From NCBI GenBank assembly GCA_027295145.1, contig JAPULJ010000020.1:1-50456 (forward strand): DNA of 50,456 bases, written 5' to 3'. Source of the DNA: Alphaproteobacteria bacterium. Its GTDB lineage: Bacteria; Pseudomonadota; Alphaproteobacteria; JAPULJ01. Below are positions 1 to 8,500 of the stretch, piece after piece. Both the position numbers and the translations under genes were made by a program. Position 1 is the stretch's first letter; every line of letters begins with the position of its first letter. The notes beneath the pieces are model-generated. The model searched no databases. It was given only the letters and a program-made list of their open reading frames with translations, and was not told the origin of the DNA.

Positions 1-519
1 AGCAACGGTATCGTTCTGGTCCCGGAAGATCGCAAGAAGCAGGGTTATATTCCGCTGCTGTCAGGTAGTCTTAACGTGGCGCTTACCGATCTCAATCGCG
101 TGAGCAGCGCCGGTGTCCTGAGGGCGGCAACATGTCGTAATCTCGCGGAGACCACGACAGAGCCGCTAGGGTTTTCACCGCAGCGACTTGACCAGCCGGT
201 ATTGAACCTCTCCGGAGGCAATCAGCAAAAATTGGTGGTTGGCAAGTGGTTGCACCGTCGTCCTCGTGTCCTGTTGTTGGATGAGCCTACTCGTGGTGTC
301 GATATTGGCGCCAAGGCGGAATTGTACGCCGCCATTCGCCGTCTTGCCGATCAGGGAATAGCCGTCATACTTGTTTCATCTGAATTGGAAGAAGTCGTCG
401 AACAATCAGACCGTATTCTCGTTCTTGCCAAGGGCAGGATCGTGGCTACGCTCGATCAGAAAACAGCGAGTATTGAACGCATATTGTCTCTCATTTTTGC
501 CGTGGAAGGTACGGCATGA
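1..519 (+). CDS. sugar-type ABC transporter ATP-binding protein, C-terminal part (5' end lies outside the window)
   Basis: Frame 1 is open from base 1 (SNGIVLVPEDRKKQGYIPLL...). It carries the ABC signature LSGGNQQKLVVGKWL and Walker B LLLDEPTRGVD, as in the second cassette of RbsA/MglA-like ATPases. ATGA overlap with the next gene. Confidence 0.85.
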   Translation, partial: SNGIVLVPEDRKKQGYIPLLSGSLNVALTDLNRVSSAGVLRAATCRNLAETTTEPLGFSPQRLDQPVLNLSGGNQQKLVVGKWLHRRPRVLLLDEPTRGVDIGAKAELYAAIRRLADQGIAVILVSSELEEVVEQSDRILVLAKGRIVATLDQKTASIERILSLIFAVEGTA

Positions 520-1478
520 TTTCCAATGAGAACATAAGACGAGAGCCCAATTACGCCTTGCGGTTTTTGAAGCGACATACGATTGGGGTTGTAGCCATTA
601 TCCTGGTCGTCATTGTAACAGCGAGCAATCCAGCGTTTCTGTCTTATTCAAATATCACGAATATTTTCTCTCAGTATGCGCCGGTTGGATTGATGGCAAT
701 CGGCATGACGTATGTCATTATTGCCGGTGGTTTCGACTTATCCATCGCAGCTATTTTCTCGCTAAGCGCGGTAGTGGCGGCGGTCGTAGCGCTACACATG
801 TCACCTGTATTGGCCTTCCTGGCGGCTGTGCTTGCCGGTAGTTTTGTCGGTTATGTGAATGCGGTACTCATAACGCGATTTGAAGTCAATCCATTCGTGA
901 CAACGGTCGGGACCGGATTCATCGTCACCGGAGTGACCTATGTCCTGACCGGCAATGAAGCCTTCGTTGTGGAAAATTCGGCGTTCGAAATCCTGGGTTC
1001 GGGTCGTTTATTAGGCTTCCCTTATTCGGGAATGGTTTTGGTGGTTATACTCGTAGCTGCAGGATTTGCGCTCTCGCGAACGATCTATGGGCATGTGATA
1101 TATGCCGTTGGCGGAAATCCTGAAGCCAGCCGTCTATCCGGCTTGCAAGTCAATGTCATCGTTGGCAGCACATACGTAATTCTTGGCTTATTGTCGGGAA
1201 TTGCCGGATATATCTCCGCCTCTCAATTGAGTTCCGCTCAAGCGAATATGGACCCGAATGTCCTATTTGACGTGCTCACAATCGTCATCGTTGGCGGGAC
1301 ACCCTTAGGGGGCGGGATTGGCTCCATCGGCAAAACGATACTCGGTCTTATCATCATCGTCACGATCAGTAACGGATTCGTGCTGCTCGATATCAATCCA
1401 TTCTACCAAAACATTATCAAGGGAACCCTGATCGTCGGGGCTCTTGTCCTTGATTCGGTTGTAAGACGAAAAGCGTAA
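516..1478 (+). CDS. ABC transporter permease (ribose/monosaccharide RbsC-like family)
   Basis: 320-aa polytopic hydrophobic ORF, translationally coupled to the upstream ATPase. The conserved stretch ...AVGGNPEASRLSGL... is typical of this permease family. Confidence 0.85.
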   Translation: MISNENIRREPNYALRFLKRHTIGVVAIILVVIVTASNPAFLSYSNITNIFSQYAPVGLMAIGMTYVIIAGGFDLSIAAIFSLSAVVAAVVALHMSPVLAFLAAVLAGSFVGYVNAVLITRFEVNPFVTTVGTGFIVTGVTYVLTGNEAFVVENSAFEILGSGRLLGFPYSGMVLVVILVAAGFALSRTIYGHVIYAVGGNPEASRLSGLQVNVIVGSTYVILGLLSGIAGYISASQLSSAQANMDPNVLFDVLTIVIVGGTPLGGGIGSIGKTILGLIIIVTISNGFVLLDINPFYQNIIKGTLIVGALVLDSVVRRKA

Positions 1479-1534
1479 ATCCTCTCGTAACCACAGCAAC
1501 TTAGGTGCGCCCGGTCTGAAAAGGAAGGCAGAAT

Positions 1535-3028
1535 ATGACAGAACAAGAATTTACACTCGAAGAAGCGACAATTGATGAAGTGCATGCCGCGTTCAAGTCG
1601 GGCGCTCTAACAGCGAAGGCGCTGGTGACGGACTACCTTGAGCGAATTGAGGCGGTGGATAAATCGGGTCCAGCTCTAAATTCCATTATCAATATAAGTC
1701 CAATCGCGTTGGAAGAGGCTGAGGCACTGGATGCCGAGTATAAGAATAGCGGCGAGTTTCGCGGCCCTCTGCACGGCATACCCATAGTCGTGAAAGACCA
1801 AGTCGAAACCAAAGACATCGTAACGACTTTCGGTTCAATCGCACAGGATGGCTATAGGCCAAAAGAGGATGCAACAATAATCAAGAAGCTGAAAATAGCC
1901 GGTGCGATAGTTCTGGCTAAGACCGCTCTGCCGGATTTTGCTACCTCGTGGTTCGGATTCTGCTCCCAGATAGGAGAGACCAAAAACCCATATGTTCTGG
2001 CACATGATCCCGGCGGCTCAAGTAGTGGTACGGCCGCAGCTGTTTCCGCTAACCTAGCGACGATTGGTATCGGTGAGGATACAGGCGGCTCAATCAGGCT
2101 GCCGGCGAGTTTCACGAATCTTGTCGGTGTCCGTGTAACGCCCGGCCTCATAAGCCGTAATGGATTGTCTCCACTCGTGGTTTTCCAGGATACGGCAGGC
2201 CCGATGACCCGCACCGTGAGGGATGCGGCGATTCTCTTGGACGCCCTTGTCGGCTACGATTCGGCCGACGAATACACAGCCGCGGCGCTTATTGCGGGCC
2301 ACAAAGGCAGTTATGTAGACGCGCTTGACGCCAAGAGTTTGAAAGGCGCCAGATTGGGCGTGATCAGTAACGCTTTTGGGTCCGATGATGACCCATCCTC
2401 AGCTGCGGTTAATCGTGTGATGAAGCAAGCGATGAACGCTGTAACGGCTGCCGGCGCCACATTGGTGGATATCGAGATACCCGATCTCATGGATCACATT
2501 CTCGAGACATCCTTGTACCTCACGCACTCCCGGCACGATATCAACAAGTTTTTCAAGTCCCGTCCTGACATGCCAACAGGGTCCCTTGAAGAGATACAGG
2601 CTGAAAATAAATTTCATCCCACTCTCGATCTTCTCGTCGACATATTCGGGGGGCCGGAGAAGCCGGAAGATGATCCGGACTATTACCGCAAACTCGCGGC
2701 GCGCGATGAGTTTCAACGCCTTGTCGTCGGTATATTCGGGAAGAACGAACTCGACGCCTTTGTATTCCCGTCTGTCCAGGTATTGCCGCCGACTAAGCAA
2801 GATGTGCGCGATGGAAAACATTTATGTTTGGAGTTCCCCACCAATACGTTGATTGCTTCGCAAACTTGGATGCCTTCAATTTGCCTTCCCGCCGGGTTTA
2901 GCGAAGAAGGATTGCCTGTCGGCATGGAGCTTGTCGTTCTGCCGTTCCACGAGCCTGACCTGTTCCGATTGGGATACGGGTTCGAACAAGCCACGAAGTT
3001 CCGCCGCGCACCGACGTTCAAAGAATAA
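1535..3028 (+). CDS. amidase (amidase-signature family)
   Basis: 497-aa ORF with the amidase signature GGSSSGTAAAVSA and a GIPIVVKD motif. AAGGAAGG Shine-Dalgarno-like sequence upstream. Confidence 0.9.
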   Translation: MTEQEFTLEEATIDEVHAAFKSGALTAKALVTDYLERIEAVDKSGPALNSIINISPIALEEAEALDAEYKNSGEFRGPLHGIPIVVKDQVETKDIVTTFGSIAQDGYRPKEDATIIKKLKIAGAIVLAKTALPDFATSWFGFCSQIGETKNPYVLAHDPGGSSSGTAAAVSANLATIGIGEDTGGSIRLPASFTNLVGVRVTPGLISRNGLSPLVVFQDTAGPMTRTVRDAAILLDALVGYDSADEYTAAALIAGHKGSYVDALDAKSLKGARLGVISNAFGSDDDPSSAAVNRVMKQAMNAVTAAGATLVDIEIPDLMDHILETSLYLTHSRHDINKFFKSRPDMPTGSLEEIQAENKFHPTLDLLVDIFGGPEKPEDDPDYYRKLAARDEFQRLVVGIFGKNELDAFVFPSVQVLPPTKQDVRDGKHLCLEFPTNTLIASQTWMPSICLPAGFSEEGLPVGMELVVLPFHEPDLFRLGYGFEQATKFRRAPTFKE

Positions 3029-3287
3029 GCTTGAGCAGGTTCGTTTGTCGGTAATGACCAACTCCGTCCTGCGTTACCATAGTCAATCCCGAAGCGGGAT
3101 CGGCAGGACGCATCCATGCCGCAAGCATCGTTTAGGACTCAGAACAGGCCGGGTGCGGCCCCCGGATAAACGGCCTCAACGGTTGTCTCGAAAGTCCAAT
3201 CGGCGCACACTGGCGGTCGGGTAGGACACGGGGCTCGGCCAACGGTGGCGAGCACGTCGCGCGGTGTCGGGTCCATGGGAGGCCAAT

Positions 3288-3614
3288 ATGAGAAATTGGA
3301 CCGTGGGACGCAGCAAGGATTGCGACATCATCATCGATTTCCCGACCGTATCGCGCCGCCATGCCAACTTCAAAGAAGCCGGCATGGACATCGAGGTTCG
3401 CGATCTCGGCAGCACTGGCGGCACGCACGTCCTGCAGGACGGGAGCTGGGCCCGGGTAGAGCGGGCCACGCTCGCGCCCGACGACTCGATCCGGCTCGGC
3501 GACTACAAGACCACGACGCGCGCGCTGCTGGCGACCGCCGGGATCGAATTTGGTGCCGGCGGTAACGAACGTACGACCGACACTACTAGGCGGCCGAGGG
3601 TGTACGAGCCCTAA
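3288..3614 (+). CDS. small FHA-domain protein
   Basis: WTVGRSKDCDIIIDFPTVSRRHANF...VRDLGSTGGTHV matches the FHA core (GR..x..D..SR.HA...D.gStNGt). Start placed at ATG 3288, which follows GGGAGG; the ORF track starts at 3264. Confidence 0.7.
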   Translation: MRNWTVGRSKDCDIIIDFPTVSRRHANFKEAGMDIEVRDLGSTGGTHVLQDGSWARVERATLAPDDSIRLGDYKTTTRALLATAGIEFGAGGNERTTDTTRRPRVYEP

Positions 3615-3649
3615 GCGTGGGGCCGGGCTTATAAAGGGAACTTCGATCG

Positions 3650-4240
3650 ATGGCGGTAATGTTGGAGTTTATCCGGCGCGAAGCGCTGGCGGTGGGGCTT
3701 GCGTTGGCGCTGTCGATGGTGACAGCATTGCCTGGCGCTTCCGTTTCGCGGGCGGCGGCGGACAAGGAGAATACAATCGTTCTGACCACCAAATATGGCC
3801 GAACGATTATTAAGCTCCGCCCCGACCTGGCGCCGGAGCATGTCGCGCGTATTAAAAAATTGACCCGCGAGAAATTCTACGATGGCCTCAAGTTCCACCG
3901 CGTGATGGAAGGCTTTATGGCCCAGACCGGCGATCCTCGGGGCAATGGCACCGGCGGTTCGAAATATCCCGACCTCCCGGCGGAATTTACCCAAACGCCC
4001 TTCAAGCGCGGCACCCTCGGCATGGCTCGCTCGTCGGACCCCAACAGCGCCAATTCACAGTTTTTCATTGTCTTTGCGCGGGCCGAGCATCTCGATGGTC
4101 AGTACACGGTCTTCGGCGAGATTGTCTCGGGCATGGAATTCATCGACGCGCTCCGCACAGGACCGGCTTCGCGCGACGGCGTGGTCGACGAACCGGACGT
4201 GATCGAAACCATGCGTCTCGCCAATAGCGCCAAAAAGTAG
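3650..4240 (+). CDS. peptidyl-prolyl cis-trans isomerase, cyclophilin type, with N-terminal signal peptide
   Basis: FHRVMEGFMAQTGDP, SANSQFFI and FGEIVSGME are cyclophilin motifs. Hydrophobic leader ALAVGLALALSMVTALPGASV. Confidence 0.9.
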   Translation: MAVMLEFIRREALAVGLALALSMVTALPGASVSRAAADKENTIVLTTKYGRTIIKLRPDLAPEHVARIKKLTREKFYDGLKFHRVMEGFMAQTGDPRGNGTGGSKYPDLPAEFTQTPFKRGTLGMARSSDPNSANSQFFIVFARAEHLDGQYTVFGEIVSGMEFIDALRTGPASRDGVVDEPDVIETMRLANSAKK

Positions 4241-4305
4241 GCGCGCTGCGTCTTCCGACGATCTATGCTTCTACGCGGGTTTGGACAGACGGAGAAGCGA
4301 TCACC

Positions 4306-4761
4306 ATGCCGCCGGCGAGCAAGCAGAGCACAATCGACGGAGATGCCCCAACTTACCGGCTGGAGCATCAAATCGGGCACTTGTTGCGGCGGTCCCACCA
4401 GCGTGCCTCGGCGATCTTCATGGCCCGGTTTGCTGTCCACGGATTGACCCCAACCCAATTCGCGGCGCTGGCCAAGATCAGCGACGAGAATGAAGTCTCG
4501 CAGAACCAACTCGGACGCCTGACAGCGATGGATCCGGCGACCATGAAGGGGGTCATCGACCGCCTGCGCGGGCGCTCGTTGATCGTCAGCAAACCGGACC
4601 TGACAGACCGGCGGCGAACATTATGGAGGCTCACCGATTCCGGCAAGCAAACCCTTACCCAAGCCTTGCCGGCGGGCTTGGAAACGACCGAAGCAACCTT
4701 GGCGCCGCTCGACGCCAAGGAGCGGCGGGTATTTTTGGAGTTGCTTTCCCGCTTGATTTAA
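4306..4761 (+). CDS. MarR-family transcriptional regulator
   Basis: 151-aa ORF with a winged-HTH pattern (LTPTQFAALAKI...SQNQLGRLTAMDPATMKGVIDRLRGRSLI...DRRR). Confidence 0.85.
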   Translation: MPPASKQSTIDGDAPTYRLEHQIGHLLRRSHQRASAIFMARFAVHGLTPTQFAALAKISDENEVSQNQLGRLTAMDPATMKGVIDRLRGRSLIVSKPDLTDRRRTLWRLTDSGKQTLTQALPAGLETTEATLAPLDAKERRVFLELLSRLI

Positions 4762-4805
4762 GATGGCGCTTGCGCAAATCGGACGTCGGGATTAGTATGA
4801 ATTAA

Positions 4806-4823
4806 TTGTTCGTATACAAACAA
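4806..4823. promoter_or_regulatory. imperfect 18-bp palindrome TTGTTCGTATACAAACAA, candidate MarR-type operator
   Basis: 8 of 9 arm positions pair. It lies in the only AT-rich gap (4762-4826) between the MarR gene and the hydroxylase genes. Confidence 0.4.
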
Positions 4824-4826
4824 TAA

Positions 4827-5735
4827 ATGAGCCCGAGTGAACGGGCCGGCAGGGAGGACAAAAAGCCTACAATGGGCGTCTATTTGCGACCCGAACGACT
4901 TGATCAGGCGCTCGATGCGTTAAGCGCCCAACCGTTGACGATCCTTGCCGGCGGCACTGATTTCTACCCTGGCCGGGTCGGCCGGCCCCTCGACGACGAT
5001 GTTCTCGACATAACCGCCCTGGGCGCCCTGCGCGGCATCGAGGATCGCGGCGATCACTGGCGCATTGGCGCGCTGGCCACCTGGAGCGATCTTGTCCGCG
5101 CCGATACGCCGCCCGCCTTCGACGGGCTGAAGGATGCGGCGCGCGAGATCGGCGGCCTGCAAATCCAGAATACCGGCACGCTTGCCGGCAATCTCTGCAA
5201 CGCATCGCCAGCCGGCGACGGCGCCCCCGTCCTACTCGCCCTCGACGCAAATGTCGCCCTGGCCAGCGCCATGGGGAAGCGCGCGCTGCCGGTGGCCGAT
5301 TTCATCAGCGGCAACCGGAAGACCGCGCTGGAACCGGGAGAGCTGGTGGTCGGGATCACGGTGCCCAAACCGGCACCAGGCGCGGCGGGCAACTTCCTGA
5401 AGCTGGGCGCGCGAAAGTACCTCGTCATCTCGATCGCCATGGTGGCCATCGTCATAGAACCGGAGGAAGCACCGGCAGGCGCAGTGGTTGGGAATGCACG
5501 GGTTGCGGTCGGAGCCTGCGCGCCGGTATCAAAACGCCTCGGCCTCCTTGAAGACGCATTGGCTGGCCAAAAATTGGACCAGGCGCTAGGGGAGATCGCA
5601 ACCGAAAGCCACCTGCGGGGTGAGCTTTCGCCGATCGACGATATTCCCGGCTCAGCAGATTACCGGTGGTCCGCGGCGCTGACATTGCTGCAGCGCGGCC
5701 TGTCCGCCCTCGGCGAAAAGCTCGGAAGCGCGTGA
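4827..5735 (+). CDS. molybdenum hydroxylase FAD-binding (medium, CoxM/XdhB-like) subunit
   Basis: ILAGGTDFYPG and GTLAGNLCNASPAGD motifs of the FAD_binding_5 family. An alternative start at ATG 4872 (MGVYLRPERL...) is possible. Confidence 0.85.
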   Translation: MSPSERAGREDKKPTMGVYLRPERLDQALDALSAQPLTILAGGTDFYPGRVGRPLDDDVLDITALGALRGIEDRGDHWRIGALATWSDLVRADTPPAFDGLKDAAREIGGLQIQNTGTLAGNLCNASPAGDGAPVLLALDANVALASAMGKRALPVADFISGNRKTALEPGELVVGITVPKPAPGAAGNFLKLGARKYLVISIAMVAIVIEPEEAPAGAVVGNARVAVGACAPVSKRLGLLEDALAGQKLDQALGEIATESHLRGELSPIDDIPGSADYRWSAALTLLQRGLSALGEKLGSA

Positions 5736-8500
5736 TGAACGTCGCGAAAAACCTGACCCGGTTCACCCTCAACGGGGCTGCGGCCGAACTGCGTTCGCCG
5801 CCGCTGACGAGGCTGGCTCATGGTTTACGCGACGAGCTTGGGCTGACCGGCACCAAGATCGGCTGCGACGCCGGCGATTGCGGGGCCTGCACGGTGCTGC
5901 TCGATGGCGAGCAAGTGTGCGCCTGTCTGGTCGCAGTCGGGCAAGTCGCCGGACTAGAAGTGACAACGGTCGAGGGCTTGGCCACCGACGGTGCGCTTTC
6001 GGCCCTCCAGGCAGCCTTCCAGCGCCACGGTGCGGCCCAATGCGGCATCTGCTCGCCGGGCATGCTGATGGCCGCCACCGGCTTGCTCGCCAGCAACAAA
6101 CAACCGGACGAGGGCGCGGTGATGGACGCCATCGGCGGGGTGCTGTGCCGCTGCACCGGCTATCGCAAGATAATCGCGGCAATCCTCGATCATGCGGGAA
6201 GCGGTTTGGGCGAAACCCCTGCTTCGGGCGAGGCGGTCGGCGCGCGCATGGCCAAGCTCGACGGTGTCGCGAAACTCAACGGCACGGAGAAATTTGGCGA
6301 CGACAGCGCACCGGAAGACGCCCTATGGCTGCGCGCGGTCCGCTCTCCCCATGCACGAGCGCGCTTTTCTCTTGGTGATTTCTCTGGCGTTCGCGCCCGC
6401 TATCCAGGGCTGGTCGAGATTTTTACCGGTCGCGACGTACCGGGCAGCAATTCATTCGGCGTCTATCCGCTGGGCAAGGACCAGCCGGTGCTCGCCATCG
6501 GCGAGACACGATATCGCGGCGAGGCCATCCTCGCACTGGTCGGCGACAAGGCCAGCATCGAGGCGATCGGCGACGAGGAATTGCCGATCGATTGGCATCC
6601 GCTTGAACCGGTCCTCGGCATCGAAGCCGGGCTAGCCGACGGCGCGACTCTGGTCCAGGACGCCAAGGCGGGAAACATCCTGGCAAGCGGGCATTTGCGA
6701 AAGGGTGATATCAAGGCGGGTTTCGCCGAAGCAGACTTCATAGCCGAGGGGCGCTGGCGGACCTCTTTCGTCGAACACGCCTATATCGAACCCGAAGCCG
6801 GCTGGGCCGAGCGTAAGGGCGAGCGGATCGAGATCTGGGTATCGACCCAGACCCCCTACATGGACCGTGACGAGGTCGCCCATGTCTTGGGCATAGAACG
6901 CGACCAGGTGCGGATCGTGCCCAGCGCATGCGGCGGCGGATTCGGAGGCAAGCTCGATCTGTCGGTTCAGCCCCTGGTGGCGATTGCCGCCTGGAAGCTC
7001 GGCCGGCCGGTGCGCTGCGCCTATTCGAGACCCGAAAGCATGGCCTCGTCGACCAAGCGCCATCCGGCGCGGATCACCGCGCGCGCCGGCTGCACCACAG
7101 ACGGCAAGCTGACTGCTTTCGCCTTCCACGGCGATTTCGATACCGGCGCCTACGCCTCCTGGGGGCCGACCGTCGCCGACCGGGTACCGATCCACGCGAC
7201 CGGGCCCTTCGTCGTGCCCAATGTGGAGAATACCTCCGTCGCGGTTCACACCAACGCACCGCCCTCGGGCGCTTTCCGCGGCTTCGGCGTGCCCCAGGCG
7301 GCGCTGGCTCACGAGGCGCTCTACGACGAATTGGCCGAGAAATGCGGGATCGATCCCTTGGAATTCCGCCTCATCAACGCCATCGGCGCAGGACAGGAAA
7401 CCGCGACGGGGCAGGTGCTCGAAGCCAGCGCCGGGCTCGGCGCCTGTCTCCAAGCGCTGAAGCCCCACTGGGACGAAGCCCGCAAAGTTGCCGAAGCGGG
7501 CAATCACAGAAGTACCAACGGCACCGTCCGCGGGGTTGGGATTGGCTGCATGTGGTATGGCTGCGGCAACACCTCGATGTCGAACCCCTCGACAATGCGG
7601 GTGGGGATCGACGCTTCGGGAGGACTGACGCTCTATAACGGCGCGGTCGACATGGGTCAGGGGCCGAACACCATCATGGTGCAAATCTGCGCCGACGCAC
7701 TCGGCCTGCCGGCTTCGCTTTTCACCACGATCATGGGCGACACCGACCTCACCGCCGACGCTGGCAAGTCGTCAGCTTCGCGGCAGACTTTTGTTTCCGG
7801 CAAGGCGGCCCAACTAGCAGGCGAAGATTTGCGACAGCAGATCCTGCGCCTGGCCAATGTCAGCGGCGATGCGCTCATCGATATTGCAAAGAGCGTGATC
7901 ACTGTCCACGAAGGTTACGGGGTGCGCCATATCGAATTGTCAGCGATGAAGGCCAATGCGCACGGCGATGTGCTGACTGGCGAAGGCAGTTTCGATCCGC
8001 CGACCACACCGCTCGACGAATACATGCAAGGGGCGCCTTACGCGACCTATGGCTTCGGCGTCCAGATGGCCGAGGTTGAGGTCGATGAGGCGCTCGGCAC
8101 GGTCAAGGTTTCGCGCATCCTTGCCGTCCACGATGTCGGCCGGGCGATCAACCCGATCCAGGTCGAAGGCCAGATTGAGGGCGGCATTGCACAAGGGTTG
8201 GGGCTGGCGCTGATGGAGGAATTCCTCCCCGGCGTTACCGAGAACCTGCACGACTACCTAATCCCCACCGCCGGCGACCTGCCGCCGATTGAGAGCATCC
8301 TCATCGAAGACCCCGAACCACTTGGGCCTTACGGCGCCAAGGGCATCGGCGAGCAGTCGCTGATCCCGACGGCGCCGGCGATATTCGGCGCTATCCATCA
8401 CGCGACTGGCGTGCGCATGCGCTTTGCGCCGGCCACCCCACACCGGGTTCGAGCGGCGATCCTGGCGGCGCGCGGGCCAGGGGGACACGACGATGCCTGA
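5735..8500 (+). CDS. molybdenum hydroxylase, fused [2Fe-2S] small subunit + molybdopterin-binding large subunit (xanthine dehydrogenase/aldehyde oxidase family)
   Basis: N-terminal part has GCDAGDCGACTV, QCGICSPGM and CRCTGYRKI (two 2Fe-2S sites). It is followed by a roughly 750-aa Moco domain with GGGFGGKLD. Start placed at ATG 5735, which overlaps the upstream stop (ATGA); the track's 5666 start would overlap the previous gene by 70 nt. Confidence 0.9.
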   Translation: MNVAKNLTRFTLNGAAAELRSPPLTRLAHGLRDELGLTGTKIGCDAGDCGACTVLLDGEQVCACLVAVGQVAGLEVTTVEGLATDGALSALQAAFQRHGAAQCGICSPGMLMAATGLLASNKQPDEGAVMDAIGGVLCRCTGYRKIIAAILDHAGSGLGETPASGEAVGARMAKLDGVAKLNGTEKFGDDSAPEDALWLRAVRSPHARARFSLGDFSGVRARYPGLVEIFTGRDVPGSNSFGVYPLGKDQPVLAIGETRYRGEAILALVGDKASIEAIGDEELPIDWHPLEPVLGIEAGLADGATLVQDAKAGNILASGHLRKGDIKAGFAEADFIAEGRWRTSFVEHAYIEPEAGWAERKGERIEIWVSTQTPYMDRDEVAHVLGIERDQVRIVPSACGGGFGGKLDLSVQPLVAIAAWKLGRPVRCAYSRPESMASSTKRHPARITARAGCTTDGKLTAFAFHGDFDTGAYASWGPTVADRVPIHATGPFVVPNVENTSVAVHTNAPPSGAFRGFGVPQAALAHEALYDELAEKCGIDPLEFRLINAIGAGQETATGQVLEASAGLGACLQALKPHWDEARKVAEAGNHRSTNGTVRGVGIGCMWYGCGNTSMSNPSTMRVGIDASGGLTLYNGAVDMGQGPNTIMVQICADALGLPASLFTTIMGDTDLTADAGKSSASRQTFVSGKAAQLAGEDLRQQILRLANVSGDALIDIAKSVITVHEGYGVRHIELSAMKANAHGDVLTGEGSFDPPTTPLDEYMQGAPYATYGFGVQMAEVEVDEALGTVKVSRILAVHDVGRAINPIQVEGQIEGGIAQGLGLALMEEFLPGVTENLHDYLIPTAGDLPPIESILIEDPEPLGPYGAKGIGEQSLIPTAPAIFGAIHHATGVRMRFAPATPHRVRAAILAARGPGGHDDA

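Noticed and set aside
3029-3287. Possible tRNA or small RNA gene in the 259-bp non-coding gap at the GC boundary. The 33997-34256 gap was checked in the same way.
   Set aside because: I could find no T-loop (GGTTCGAAT-like) or cloverleaf-compatible arms. There are only short hairpins, so the evidence is insufficient to call an RNA gene.
5666-5734. N-terminal extensions of the track ORFs at 5666, 8424, 9566, 13958, 13987, 22460, 22630, 24299, 27920, 30491, 34140, 36898-37356, 37643-37690, 40870-41022 and 47078-47164.
   Set aside because: The extensions overlap the preceding gene in another frame and translate to Arg/Pro-rich junk. Conserved family N-termini begin at internal ATGs, which in many cases sit at ATGA/TGATG stop-start overlaps or just after Shine-Dalgarno motifs.
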